NCBI GenBank assembly: GCA_027604505.1
Contig: JADIIX010000008.1
Coordinates: 248,001 to 287,361, forward strand
Reading direction: 5' to 3'
Origin: Gonapodya sp. JEL0774
Lineage: Eukaryota
Length of the DNA: 39,361 nt
This document shows positions 9,601 to 22,855 of the stretch, piece by piece (the stretch's first letter is position 1; the number at the start of each line of letters is the position of its first letter). Position numbers and translations under genes: made by a program. The notes under the pieces were generated by a model. That model did not search any database and was not told the DNA's origin. It was given only the letters and a program-made list of their open reading frames with translations.

Positions 9601-12600
9601 TTCTTAAGTCGGCGCTTAACATCACGCGATTTGTTGCTTTGAGAGATCGCGTTTGCAAATAGATCAATGAACCAAGTCAGGGAATACTGATACATTGGGT
9701 CAATGTTCGCGAGATCTGCAATGCAGAAAAACAGAACTGCGGAGTGATTTGCAATAGGACGGTAGCTTTCCCGAGTCTCATCAATCTTTTTTTCTGTCTC
9801 TTCAGCGATTCTCTGTTTCTCAAAGAGACCGTCCGATATAACTTTGCTGGATGAGAGTGCATCAATTGCAGCTTCATTCTCGAGAATGTTTCCTTCGGAC
9901 GAAGATAAAATGTATAGGATCTTATCTTCAATCTCCTTAAGCTTCCGCTTATTGTCTGCTGATTGTTGAAGGAGCTGCGACTTTTCGTCTTCGAGCTCGG
10001 GTCGTTCCCTCAGCACAACAATACCCAGGAGTTGATCCTCCAATCCTTCTGGTGTAATCATGAAATTGAGAAGTGATACCTTAGTGGAGAGCTCCGGCAT
10101 GTAATGCGGATTTCGAAATTTCGTGGTGATGTAAAGCTTGAACTTTTCAGAGTATTCCACGACATTGTCCCCAAGCTTTATGCACAATGATCCCGCGCTA
10201 CGAAATGTCTGTTTCTGTAGTAGCGGCTCCAAGATAGGATCAAGATCTTCCTTGATATTCTCGATCAGAACTGAAGAACAGTACGGTGACCCTAGTCATG
10301 AAAGTCGAACAAAGTTCCAACCACCAGACCACTCACCAGGATTTCCAAAAGTAATCGCGTTTTCAAGAGTTCGCAAGTAGTCAGAGTCTGTGAGCTTTAT
10401 GGTTTGTAAATTGGAATCCTTCTCCATATTCTTCACCCATTTGTTAGCTTGTCCCTGCGGATCAATCATTAAGGGCCACCGGCGGGCATGATAGACGGTG
10501 ATTCCGTTGTCAACGGAAAAGTCATCGGCGGGAAGGCCCGCAAGGTTCCAGCTTCGAATCTGACAATAAGGATGACATATATGCCCTTTAAAGTTTCTAG
10601 GTTATGAATCTGATTAGCAGAGCATAGAACTGTACCTTGATAGGATCACCTAATACCTTTGCCAGCGTAAAGGAGTCGGAGCATGGAATGCGCTGAGCTT
10701 TGCAAAACTCGACCCATTCCTTCACAGCATCTTTTCGATATGTTTTGGTAAAGGCGCCAAGGTAGGCTACGTATCCAGCAGCAATAAGAACATCACCGGT
10801 TAAGTAGAAATATGTCGAAGTCAGGGATTTGCTGACATCAGTCCATCGTTGCTGCTCCCCTCCAAGACCACCCAAGAGTGTGTTCGCGCGATCAAGCTGC
10901 TCCACACAACGTTTCTGCTCTGATTCAAGAGAGGTCTTTTTGTCATTCCTGCAAGAAAAATTGTATGGGATTGTGATAGAAAAGTAGTTGAATTGCGAAC
11001 GTTAGCACACTCACAGAGCCTGCAGGCTGTCATTCAAAGATTGTAGGCGATCTTCAACTTCTTTTAGCTGTGCGCGCTTTTCATTTAACCGTGCCATCAA
11101 GCCGTTAACTTCTTCTTCGGCTTTTTTGAGAGCTTCTTGTTTTGGTGCCACGACTTTTATCACTCGATCGTAACCCTCAAGAGCAAGAATCCACTGACAA
11201 AGCCCTTCAGCAGCTGAGGAAGCATTTTTGACTTTGTCTGGGCGAAACTCAGGATTCGGGACGTATTTCATCCGAATATTTTTGATCACTTGCGGTGCTA
11301 TGTTGTCCTTGTCGAAGGACTTGAGCGCATCCAGAAAGTGAGTGTCAGAGAGCATTTTAAGGGAGGTTTTCCAATAATCGAGTATCATTTTCCCGCTTCC
11401 AGAGGGGTCTGGTCCCTTTTCGGGCTCTGAGAATAATTTAATCATTATGCCCCATAAACGCCTGAAATCCATGTGCGAGAAAACACTCACTGATGTCGCG
11501 CAGCACGCAAACAGCCTCAAGAACAAGCTATGATCACAAAATGTGGCGCATCAAAATAGAGCAAGCATCGAAAATAGAGCAAGCATAAAGAAGCCAACCT
11601 TCACTCCTTCTGGTGGATTCTTCATCGCCTTGACAGTATCTATGTCCTTCTTCTGCAATGTATCAAGTGCAGTGAGTGCGGCATTTAGCAAAGGCATGGC
11701 GATAGCCAATTCGCCTTCGCATTCGGCTTTGATTGCGGATGCTTGTTCAGCTTTGAGAGAGGCAACAGATTCTTCTGCCGCAACAGTCTCTTTAGTTTTG
11801 TTAGCATCCACAGACTCCAATTGAATCTTGCTAAGCATCGTAGCCGTTTCCTCTGCTGTTCGAACAAGCTGTGGTTGCAAATCGGAGAGCTGTATTTTCA
11901 TCGTTTCAACGGACTCAGCTGCAAACCGTAGCTTTTCCAGTCCTCCGGAATATCGCTTTTGAAGGAGTGACACTTCGTCACGCTTTTGCGATAGTAACTG
12001 TTTGTATGCGAGAAGTAGTTCCAAATACGAAGTCGGAGTCACGTAGTTATAACGACCGGCCTGTTCGCGGAACTTGCTCGATAGCTTGACAGTTGATTGG
12101 TGAAAATACTGACAAGCTTGCACGATTTCTGGGCGAATGGAGGGATCCAGTTCGACGTCGGCTAGAAAACTTGAAGCTACGGCACTCAGAGCATCTTGGG
12201 GCCATTGCTGCATCCAATCGATCGTGGTACAATTGACGAGAGATGCGAACTGTCGCAAACGGGTGCGAAAAGCGTCGCCTATGGGGCTCATTGCAAGGAT
12301 AATGTGGAGGTTCCGCTGCACACGGGATATAAAATATCCATACAGAGCATTCGGGGAGGTATCTCCTGTCAAGTTCTCAGCTTGAGCATCTGGGGCGACT
12401 CTCTCGGTGATCGCTTGCTTCTCGTCTAAGGCGAAGAGATTCGGTACATCCCCAGCATTTAAAATGCTGGCGATATCTTCAACGAAAGATTCATCCTTGA
12501 TCTGTGTGTCCGCGAACAGGAAAACAGTGCCTCTATTCTCCATTCCCGCAAGCCGTAAGGTCTTTTTCAAGTCATCCCTCCACTCGGCTTTGCCATACTG

Positions 12601-15600
12601 CTTTGAAAGCTCAATCTGAACAAGCTCGTAGTCCGCCATAAAAGCTGCCAGACGAGAGAGACTTTGTCTTCCACTTCCTCCCACCCCCACCAGCAGCGCA
12701 TTTCCTCCTGGCAAGCGAAGAACGCGGCAAATCTTCGCAATGTGTTCGACGGCAAACCGGAAAAGAACGAGATTGAGTTTCGCCTTGTGCTGATTATTGT
12801 AGTCCGTCAATCGAGTCGTCAATGTTTGGGTGACTTTCTCAAGGTCAGTAAGTTCATCATATAGCATATCCGGTCCTCGAGCTCCCGAGAGTACGTCCCC
12901 GAATACTAGCCCCCGGAGGTCTCCATCCTTTAATTCCGTACTTTCGGGTTGAAGATAGGAACTGAGGATGGAAATAGGGTTTCCAAAGACAGATTGAACG
13001 ACGTCCATCGTCATTTTGAAGAGATTTGCGCTATCATCTTCAGTGACAAGGCGATCGCCGAAGACTCTGAGGACTTCGTGTACCCATAAGCGCACAAACT
13101 TGTCTGACGAAGGAAACGCCTTAGGCTTGGACAAAACCAGACCTTGCACTACTTTAGAAAAGTCTCTCAAGTTAAAAGTATAATGAGTCTTTGCTGGAGT
13201 TGGCAAGAGATTAATTGATGACCACTTGTAGATTCGCGATGTAGCCTCCACAAGTTTTACCCCTAAACTTTTGAGTGGTTCTTCGAAATCGAAGCGACCA
13301 AGATGCCAACGCATTATGGAACCAAAGATTCGGGTCATTGAATTGTCATCAAAAGAGTTTATTGCAAGCTGATTGAAGTGTCGAATAAGGCGAGGGGTAA
13401 CGGCGCTGCGACCCCCACCGGGAGGCCCCATGGCCGACACAACAAGAACATCCACAAGTTCGAGCTTTGACGTATCTTTCCTGAGCGTTTGCGAAGATCA
13501 TAACAACTTTCACCAAAATACTCTGTTACAGACATCTTCGAAACGACACTCACCTGTCGTACCAGTTCGCATGGTCGAAAAATTGTCGCAAAAGCTCTAT
13601 AGGGGGTTGAGCACCATATTGCTCCGTTGCTGGCATGTTAAGGTCGTCCACAAACACGATGGTCTTTTTCCCCATAGGAGGGCCGAACACACCCTTGCGC
13701 CTCTTATCGAGCTTACTCATCACGATATCTTGTGTCTGGTTTGCACTGGTTCGTGCCGAGAATGTCAGAAAGTTTGATTGAAACCGTCCTCCAGGGAGCC
13801 TCAGGAGTTTGTCGGTGATATATTTGGACTTTCCAGTTCCCTGAGGAACTCATGTTAGTGGGCTCCATCGGCGCGCGAGAATACTGGCTACTTACTGTCG
13901 GTCCCACAAGTAAGAAGGGTTTGTCATGAAGGACAAGTAAGTCGATTAGGAAGTTGCATCTCACGGTGTCCTTGGTCCCGACAATAATCGACGAAAACTC
14001 GGCGTTCAACGGGATAGATGGCGCATCCACTGTGGATAGCCATTCTCGCCACTTTTCGGGGCTATTGGGATCGTATTGATAGTCGTAAACTAGTCCATCA
14101 CCGGGAATACCAATGTTGCCCCAATCAAGAGATTCCGAAGCACACAATACACGAAGTGCCTTGTCAAACTTCTCCATCCCGGCGGTATCTAAACTTCCTC
14201 CGATTGACCAAATTACTGAAAAAATGAAGTGACCTCGCAAGATATTTGGCATTTTTTCCTGTGGAACAATTCGTTCGCGAAACGCATCAAGCTGAGCATC
14301 CAGAAGTTGAACAAGTGAGTTGACTAAGCCAATATCAGTAGTCGGAGCTAATTCCTTGCACTCCTTTCTCACGAACTGCAAAAGTGAAGGCACATGCGAC
14401 TCAAAAGCTGCGTTGAGTAGTGTGATTGCGCTCGAGTCCAGGAAACTCAATTTTTGGAGCCATGAGGTCACAAGTGGCCGCCATCCCATCTTTTCGGGTC
14501 TCACAGAATGCAATTATTAAATTCATTTGAACAACAGCCAAAAATCACTACAAACGTTACTCACTCCATGTATATCATACCGCAACGACTCACTGTGGCT
14601 GGCTGAGCAGCGGCATCCCAGGAGAGGTGAGCACAACAGAGATCCGATAACTGTCAGCAGAATCGGAGCTCACACTTGCAACAGCCAGATCCATCACTTC
14701 AAAGACGAGCGACATCACTGAGCTCATTTGGATGATTTCACCACTCATTAGACAGAGTTTCTTGTTATCGTCGAGGACAGTGTTCATATTCTCAATCTGT
14801 TCATATGTTCCCAAATATTAAACCGCACTGCAACAACACGATAGTGACACAATGCACGTACCCATATCGCATCCACAGGTCCATCGAATATGACCCACTT
14901 TCGATCTGGAGAAGGATTGGACGCAAAGTTCCGAAAAGTTGTTGCCAAAACACCACTTTTGGAGAGAGATCAGCCTTCAATAGCAAAATGCTTGAAAAAG
15001 CACGAAAAGTACTTACTCTGTCCACTCGTGCGAAATGGGGTCAAATTGTCCATACAATTGGCCCATTGTGATGCTCTTGGGGTTGAGGACTCGATATTGA
15101 ACTTTTGCGGCATCGGCAACGCCAGCATTCGCCATTTCAGTCAGTGCCTCTCCGAGGACACGATACGAACTGGTCTTCCCACAAAAGGGCTCTCCAACTA
15201 GCATATAACCGTGTCGAACAAGCATCATTTCATACAGTTGGAGCGTTTTCTCCAGAAACACTGGAACACATTGAAGTCCAAGCTTTTCACAAGCTTTCAT
15301 TATGGCAGCTTCCAGAAGGCGATAGTCAGGTGTTGGAAGTTTGACTCCAGGAAACAAATCCGTCGTGATTGCCCTGAACAGTTCTACATCCTGCGCGAGG
15401 AACTTCGGAAGGTTTACATCGATAATCGAGCGTAGGACCAGGATGTTCTCGTCTTCATCCGGATACTTGAGCTTGATATTCCCGGCGGCGGTAAGAACAC
15501 TCTTCACAGCTCGCATGCCTGTTGTCAAAAACATGCAAAGTCTTTTGGTGGCAATACGATAACTCGCAGAAGCTCAACAAACCATAGTCATAGTGTGACT

Positions 15601-18600
15601 GCGAGGACAGCTGCTCAGAACAGAGTCGGTAAGTTGCGGTGATTTTGCGTGCAAGAAGTCGGGCTTCTATAAATCCAAATGAGTACAGAGAAATCTCCGC
15701 GATAAGTGTGTAGTCGGGGACCTAATCAAGATAAATGTCAGCTGTTGATGTGTTTTGATTTCCACGTCACCACGGAAGATCTCACGGACCATCATGGCGA
15801 CCGACCGGAACAGTGCTTTTAGGTTGTCTGGCAGTTCAGATCGTCCAGCATATCCCGGATTCATGGTAATAAATACAGCACACGTTGGGTTCAATCGCAA
15901 TTCCGTTCCTTCAAAATAAAACTTTTCTGCCTTCAGTGCAACAGCTCGTTGGATGGTGAGAATTTGCTGGGCTACAACGCTGAGCACCTGGAAGGATATC
16001 ACAGACCCGTATTATTACCAATAGAAATCAAGCAACCACGATTTCCAAACTAACTTCCAAATCGATCCGATTGAACTCGTCAAAGCAGGCTACAAAATAA
16101 CGAGTGAAGAAAACATGAGATGATGTATCAATCAGAACATAAACAGCAACAACGCACCCCAAGCTCCTGCGGAAGCAACGCCTTTGAAAAATTTTCCCTA
16201 CGTTGACACATCAATAGGGTTGCAAGAAATGGCAAAACATGCGTGGGTACGTGCGTACCATAGCCAAGTAGTCCAAGCCATCAGAACAATTGAACACCAC
16301 ACACTGCTTTGCAAGAGCTTTTGCCAGGTCTTTGGTTGTTTCGGTTTTGCCTGCAAAGATGTTTTCGTTGTTGTCACAATGTGTCCAAAGTGGGCATTCA
16401 GTAGTTCTCAGGGTCTGCGCACCTGTTCCTGCGGGACCCTCAGGAGCTCCGCCGAGGTTCAAGTGCAAAGCGCCCAGCAACGTTCGGTAGCAACGGTCCG
16501 TAAGTGGTGTTACAACCAAACGACCTGTGTTCCCGAGATACTCGTAGCCATAAAGCTTCCGAGTGTTGACCATTTTTACCACTACATTTTCGTCCTGCCA
16601 GTAATAGCGCAATTGTGCCAGCCAGTTGAAGTCATTCACATCGGTAACTTTCTCTTTGATGATGTTTTGGATCACGTCACGGGCATGAACATCGATGACT
16701 ACGAGGGCTCCAAGAGTGATCCGAGCTTGTTTTGACAGATTGCCTCGCACCAGTTTGATTACGTCTGAAAGTTCTTCATTCAGTAATTTATAATAGCGCT
16801 CCATCCCACCCTTCCCTTCCGCAAGCGCTTTCTCCGCAGCAAGGGTCCAAAACACTTGTCCCACGCAGAGCACCACTTGTCCGGGCCAGTCAAGAACCCA
16901 TTGCTTTCTTGGAGTTTCCACATAAGCCCTAACAGCATGCTCAGTAACAGATCGAACTGACACCAACATCTGCTGCTCTACTTGTAGCAACCACTTCTCC
17001 ACAGAACCTTTCGCATCGACAGTACAAATTTTGGCATCTAGAGGGAGCTTCTCCCCTTCCGCTGAAAACAGAGAAGTGATATCCATGTTCTCGGTGAACT
17101 CCAGGGAGTTGACGCTGCATGAGCGACGAAAGTCAAGTACCCGTCACAAAACAACATTTCGGTATAGAAACAAACCCTTCAAAACACTTTTTCAGATGTG
17201 GTTGTACACGCTGCGGATCCTTAGTCTCAGACAAAATCTCAAGCATCTCGTCGTTCGAGAGAAAGAAAAAGCGGGGGAAATACAGTCGCTTGACCTCCAG
17301 GTAGTTGTTCAAGCCTTTGAGGATTTCTTCGAGCATTTCATTGTTGTGTTTCAGGTCTTCAAGAAAATTAGGAATGTCCGTAGCGGCCAGAACATGACTG
17401 TCCTCATTTGCAATCTGTCATTCGAACAAAATAACATCAACGACATGTGTCACACAAGGTAACAGAATCTTCGACATCAAAATTGCACCGCACCTTCATC
17501 TGTTTCCTCCACGCAAAGTCCACTTGTTTGAACTTCTTCCCCTCTTCGGGCATTTGGTTCATAATGTCCTGCATAGAATGGACAGTCAAGAAATCTTCGC
17601 AGGTGATGATACCTCAGTCTCATACCTCTGATGAGAAAATCGGCTCCAAATACAGCCACGTTGCTTGCATTTTGAGCCACTCGTCGATAATCTCTTGTGT
17701 ACGAAGTAATCGAGCCTCCCATTCTTTGCATCTCACTTCAAACGGTTTGATGTAAGGACTTCCACGCATGGATTGTGTTTTTACAATCTGATCATCAAGA
17801 AGTTGCTGAGCCTCGTCCACCGCCGACAAAATGAAGGTGCCAGATTCCCGGTACGGCAAAATTGTGAACAAGAGCGGAGCCCAGTCAGCCACCATCTTGT
17901 TCAAAGTTTTTTCGAGAGTGAACTCCTTTGTGGCCGATTCTATTAGAGGTTTTTGGGGTCCAAGTCCTTGGTCATCCACACAGACGTCACCACTTAGCAA
18001 GACACCCAACTCACCACTGATCTCCTGCATCGCTGTCAAATGTTGCTCCAAGCCAAGCTTCAGAATCTTTCTCAAGTTCACCCCTGGCTGATCGGGACTG
18101 ATGTCCACGCCCGCCACCTCGCCAATCTTCTTCCAGTGCCTCTCCCTCAACCCTGGATTGCACAGTACCCTCACGATTGGCATATTCCCTCCAAATTCTC
18201 CAATTTTTTCTAATACTAGGTCCGCAATAGCTCTTGGTGCTGAGCCTTCTGCGAGCCCAGCTTGAGCACGGAACATTTCCCGCTTCACCGAATCTACCTC
18301 AGCCTCCATACCTTCGGAGTCTAAATCTTGAAGAGGACCATCCATCCACTTTTTGAAGGACTTGGTCCAGCTGATGGCACTACTGTACAGGTTCTGGAAT
18401 GGCTCGAGGCGGCTTAAAAGCTCCCTCCGAGCTGGATACTGCGTTATCTCCCAGCCAAACAAGGTTTCTTCCTTGTTAAATCCGGTAATAACTTCGACAG
18501 CACCAGTGAGTGTTTTGTGCAATGTCTGTACCTTTTTCATGTAGAACGGCAGCTCTTCCAAGTCCCCCACATCGGCTAGTTCCGTAATCTGTTTTGATAT

Positions 18601-21600
18601 GTCTTGAAGTTCCACCACAAATTTTTCCCTTCTCTCTCTCAGGACTTGTTGGTTCTTATCTTTTGCTTGCAGGACAATCTGCTCGTGCCTCTCCATTACT
18701 TCCTCGATTCGCCTTGGCCAAGTAAATGCATCAGCGTTGACCCTCATAAGCTCGTCATTGAGTGCTGACAACGATATAATATAGTCCAGCTTTTCTCGTG
18801 CTTCTTCAAGCTCTGCGAGCAGCGCGGGAAGTTCGATGGCGGACGCCTGCTGCATATAAGAAATTTGGTCGGCCATACTCTGAAAGCTGTCAGGGATCCG
18901 AAGAGCAGCTTGAGCTATTGTTTCGTATCTTGCACAGATGCTGTTAGGGCGTTTTGTGGAAAAGGGTCTGCTTCCCAGAAAATCACACTAGCACGAGAAA
19001 ATGGCACTCACTTCCTTTCCTTTTCTATACAGTGCTTCACCACTCTCCCGATGAGCTCCTCCCTCATACCCTCACACTTATCCTGCATTGCGGCGTGCAG
19101 ATCCCCTGCAGAGATACGGATCATGGGCAGCGAAGCAGCGCGGGCAATGAGGGAAATGGAGAATTTGAGGCGGGTGACGAGCGTAATGGACTGCACAAGG
19201 CAGACGGGTCCGAGTTAAAAGATTGCGGTAATGTCACACACAGTTTCTCGATTCGATTGTTATCAAATTACCTCCATCATTCCCTCCCAACCCAAAGCTT
19301 CCTCATCAACTCGCTCATCACTTTGGGTCTCGACTTTCTCACCCACCCTCCTTTTTCCTTTCGCAACAACCTCGGTGGCTCTTTTCAGCTCCCTGCCTAT
19401 TCCCTCGTACCTCTTCCTGACCCACGATTCTGCTCTCGTCCACCAATAACTGATTCTGGCGCTTACTTCCCTCCTCACGTTCTCCAAATCCGCACCGTCC
19501 ATCCCAACACGCTGCTCACCCACACCAGGTGGTGGTTTGAAGTGGAACCGTTCATCGCCCTGGCCGTGCGTATCGCCAGACCCAGCTAACCCCACACCAA
19601 TCTTCACAGGACTCCATGTTCCGTCTACCGCCATACCAAGCGCCGAGTCGCACTCTTTATGCCATAGCAGATCGCCAACATACGGAACACTTTCAACGGT
19701 CTCTAATACGTGGCGGAGACCTTCCATCGCGCAAGCGGACAAGTCGGCAGCCGTAGGGTCCAAGGTAGCGATGGGAGCTCGTTCTAATTTGGTCGAAAAG
19801 AAATTTCGGCCGTCGTTCTCAGTGGCATTTGGCCGATTGCTTCCTTCTGCTGTGTTACCGACGCTGTCGCCCTCGCTGTCCAACGCACCTGTGTCCCCAA
19901 GTGCTTCTGACTCGTTTTCTGCACGTACCCCACCATCCACACCCTCTTTCGAATGGAGACCATTAGGCAGATCCGCACCATCTTCCTGATCGAAATACCC
20001 GTCGTTCAGCGCCAATCTCACCACAAACCTAGGCTTTCGCGCCTCTCCGACCCTAGTTTCCGCCCAAACCCCGTCTGACAAACCACTACCCCATTGATCC
20101 CCTTCAAATTGCTTACGCTCCTCATCATCGGGCACCTCAGGAAAAAATCCAACATACTCTTCCACACTGCCCCTGGTGCTCCCGAGCAACCATGCCTGAA
20201 ACAAGGTGTCTGCACAACGGTACGTTGCGAGGTCACCTGGGGTGGGCTTTGCGGCGGAGGCCGGTAACGGGGGAAATGATGATAGCGCGCGGCGGCGAGC
20301 AGGAACAACAGTGGAAGTGTGGAGCAGGCGCAGAGAGTGGAGCAAAAACCTGTGTGGGGGGGTAGCACAACACCAGGTCAGCATTTGGTCGGACCCCAAA
20401 CTCGATTTAGTGGGCTCTTCCCTCATGATCATAGACTTACCCTTCCATCCACCTCTCCCTCCCCCTCTCCGCCTGTACCAGCACCCCGTTCCTCCACCCT
20501 GCCATCGTCACGCCCTCTCTCCTCGCCGACCAACCCATGGGGTCTACAAACAACATTCCCTGGGTGTTCAAAGGCGTCCCATCGTACCTCAAATGCACCA
20601 ACGCTCCTGCGGAGGAGGGGGATGTTGGGGCCAAGGTCAGCGACAACGTGGAGACGTCACCCGGCACTCGACCAGCTTCACAATCCCGCCACAATTCAAG
20701 AACTTCGAGTAAACAGGGGTGGTACGAGCGCAGAGATCGGAGAAGGTGGACATGGGAGACGAGGTAGCGCGGACGCCATGGGGCAGGTAGAGGAGGAGGT
20801 AAGGTAGGTGCGTGAAACAAAGCCATGGAGAGATCGGAGGGGCGTGGAGAGGATGACGGGGTAGTGCATGCTGGATTGAGGGCGGTCAGTGGAACGGGGA
20901 GAGCCAGGTGGCTTGAACGGTCATGTTGATGTTGTTGCTCCTGTTGCAGCTTTTTATGCTCCTCTGCTTCGTCCGGCCTCCTCAATATCTGGTAAATCGC
21001 ACTCTGACGTGCCGAATTGCGGAACTCGAGACGAAGTTCATCGCAAAGGGATCGCACAGTCTCCGGATAGCGGGAGACCAGTTGGGCAGGGAGAAGGTGC
21101 ATGATTGAATCAAGCCACGGTTGGGGGAGGTCGGGGACACGGATTGCGCCTGATACAGGGTAGGGAGGTTGAGTGTCGGCAGCTACACCGTTGGTGCTAG
21201 AGCCATCCGACTCGCCGGAGCTGGACCCGAACCCGGCATTGGATCCATCGGCTGCGCCCAATACACGCAAGAAGAAGCGATTAAATCTCTGCACCTGTTC
21301 GGTCAAAGGCGCCGCGAACCGTTGCTCGTTTGCGAGAGCGTCTCTCATGGATCGCGGAAATGCGTCTCTCTGAGCCAACATGGCGGCTTCTGCAAGCGCG
21401 TCAGTATCACTTGGGTCAATGACACTGGTGCCCGGGCGTGGGTCGCGCTCAAGGTTTAGCAGGGATGGGTGCTGCTGGCGGGGGAGGGAATCCAGTAGGA
21501 GAGGGAGATCCGGGGGTGGAGGTGGGCGAATGTAAGCAGCGCAAGATGAAGGAGATGGAGGGCGGCGATGGGGCGATTTGGAGCGCGATTTTTCACTGTG

Positions 21601-22306
21601 AGGTGTCATAATGGAGATAGATCAGTTCAAGTCTCACAACACGCTTCATTCGGTGACAAAACTATTCTGATGCGGTTAATTTTTCTCTTCCATGATGCAA
21701 AATGTGCTCGTTATTCAGCTCGTGGACTCACATCAGGAACTCTGCGAGTTTCTCCCGGATGACCTCCTGTGTGAGAGTGACTGTCCGTTGGGCCGGAAAC
21801 GGCAAGTGTTCTTTAGATTCCGTGTCGCTTCCTGAGTTCCCTTCATTCTTTTGCTCGCCTTCTCCCTGAAGGATTTCGTCCCTCGAGTCACTCCCGTCTT
21901 TAGGGTCTTGGTCGCCGGCTTCGGCATCACTGCCCGTTCGCCGTCGGGTCTTTCTAATTCTAGGCAGAGGAGGCGGTCTGACAGTGTACAGGGGGTTTGA
22001 GGGGTCTCTGCCAGCCCTCTCTGCACGCGACTGACCAATTAGAGCATCCAGTTCTGCCGCAGCTCTGGCTGTTGGAGTGAGATGGGGTTCTCGGGTTCGA
22101 TTTACAGTGATCCTACCCGGTAATTGTTTCTTTTGTTTCTTTCGTGTGTGTTGCGGTGCGGGAGGGGGTTTGGTGGAATCATTCGGTTTGTCCGGTTGCG
22201 TTCCACAATCCCTATCTAAGTCGGCGTCGTTCCCTGCGTCTGCTCTATCCCGCAGCTCATATAGCGAAGGCACTGCGCTTCCGCCAATCGCCCCGGTCTG
22301 CATCAT
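6649..22306 (-). CDS. DNAH7: Axonemal inner-arm (single-headed) dynein heavy chain, DNAH3/DNAH7/DNAH12 group; 35 exons, ~4,422 aa
   Basis: AAA1 GPAGTGKT, CFDEFNR and [22 protein letters not shown]2 [11 protein letters not shown]3 GPTGTGKS; AAA4 GVGGSGRQS; stalk/MTBD ([18 protein letters not shown]); AAA5 [20 protein letters not shown]6 LQNCHLA and GWNIPYEFN; full C-terminal domain ending [15 protein letters not shown]. Removing 34 GT-AG introns (55-136 nt) leaves 13,269 nt, exactly 4,423 codons. The symbol is group-level (DNAH3 or DNAH12 also possible). The first exon (22306-21732) and start codon are the least certain part. Confidence 0.95.
11553..11586. repeat. Tandem duplication inside dynein intron 11528-11598
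   Basis: AAAATAGAGCAAGCAT occurs exactly at 11553-11568 and 11571-11586. Confidence 0.85.
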
Positions 22307-22855
22307 CGTCTCCTCGCCAAAGTGGTCAACGCGACAAGGATACTTATCGAAGAGGACGATAACGCAAAGCGCACGGACCACCTTGCTACTGCAACCTTGG
22401 AATTCAAATGGACATCAAAATATTCGTGGTAGCTTTCAAATAAATCATCTCTCAATTTGTCCATGTGTTCTCTGGAATTGCGTGAGTTCTGCCATGTCCC
22501 ATTTGTATCCGGGGGCAGCAAATTGGGGGCTCACAGCATACTGACAGAGGTGTATTAGCGTCACCGTGTTCTTTCGTGTCGGGGAGTGAGGGAAAGGCAG
22601 AGTTGCTCAAATTTGAAAACGCCGTAATCTTACTGTCCCCTGATTCCCAGTTTACAGTAGTCGACTTGAATTCTTGCCAGCAATCTCCTTAAATTCTCAA
22701 TACTCATGTCGTGGTTGGCAACCCAGGTAGCGCCAACGTGCATGGTGAGATTGGTGACAGTGATGAAGTCATGATATCGCAACAACTGATCCTGGCCGCT
22801 GGTTCCTGCGTTTCCTGTTACTGCCTTGCCACACCACGTAACACCGACCATTACC

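Noticed and set aside
6684..21459. Numerous 60-210-aa antisense and alternate-frame ORFs over the dynein
   Set aside because: They are shadow ORFs of a long coding sequence with no independent motifs.
22382..22395. RFX X-box-like CTTGCTACTGCAAC upstream of the dynein start
   Set aside because: It has at least two mismatches to the GTNRCC-N-RGYAAC consensus, the start site is uncertain, and RFX control of ciliary genes is not established in fungi.
22303..22851. Short minus-strand ORFs between the dynein and the phosphatase as a separate gene or extra dynein exons
   Set aside because: No recognisable motif, and the candidate splice sites I tried led to stops.
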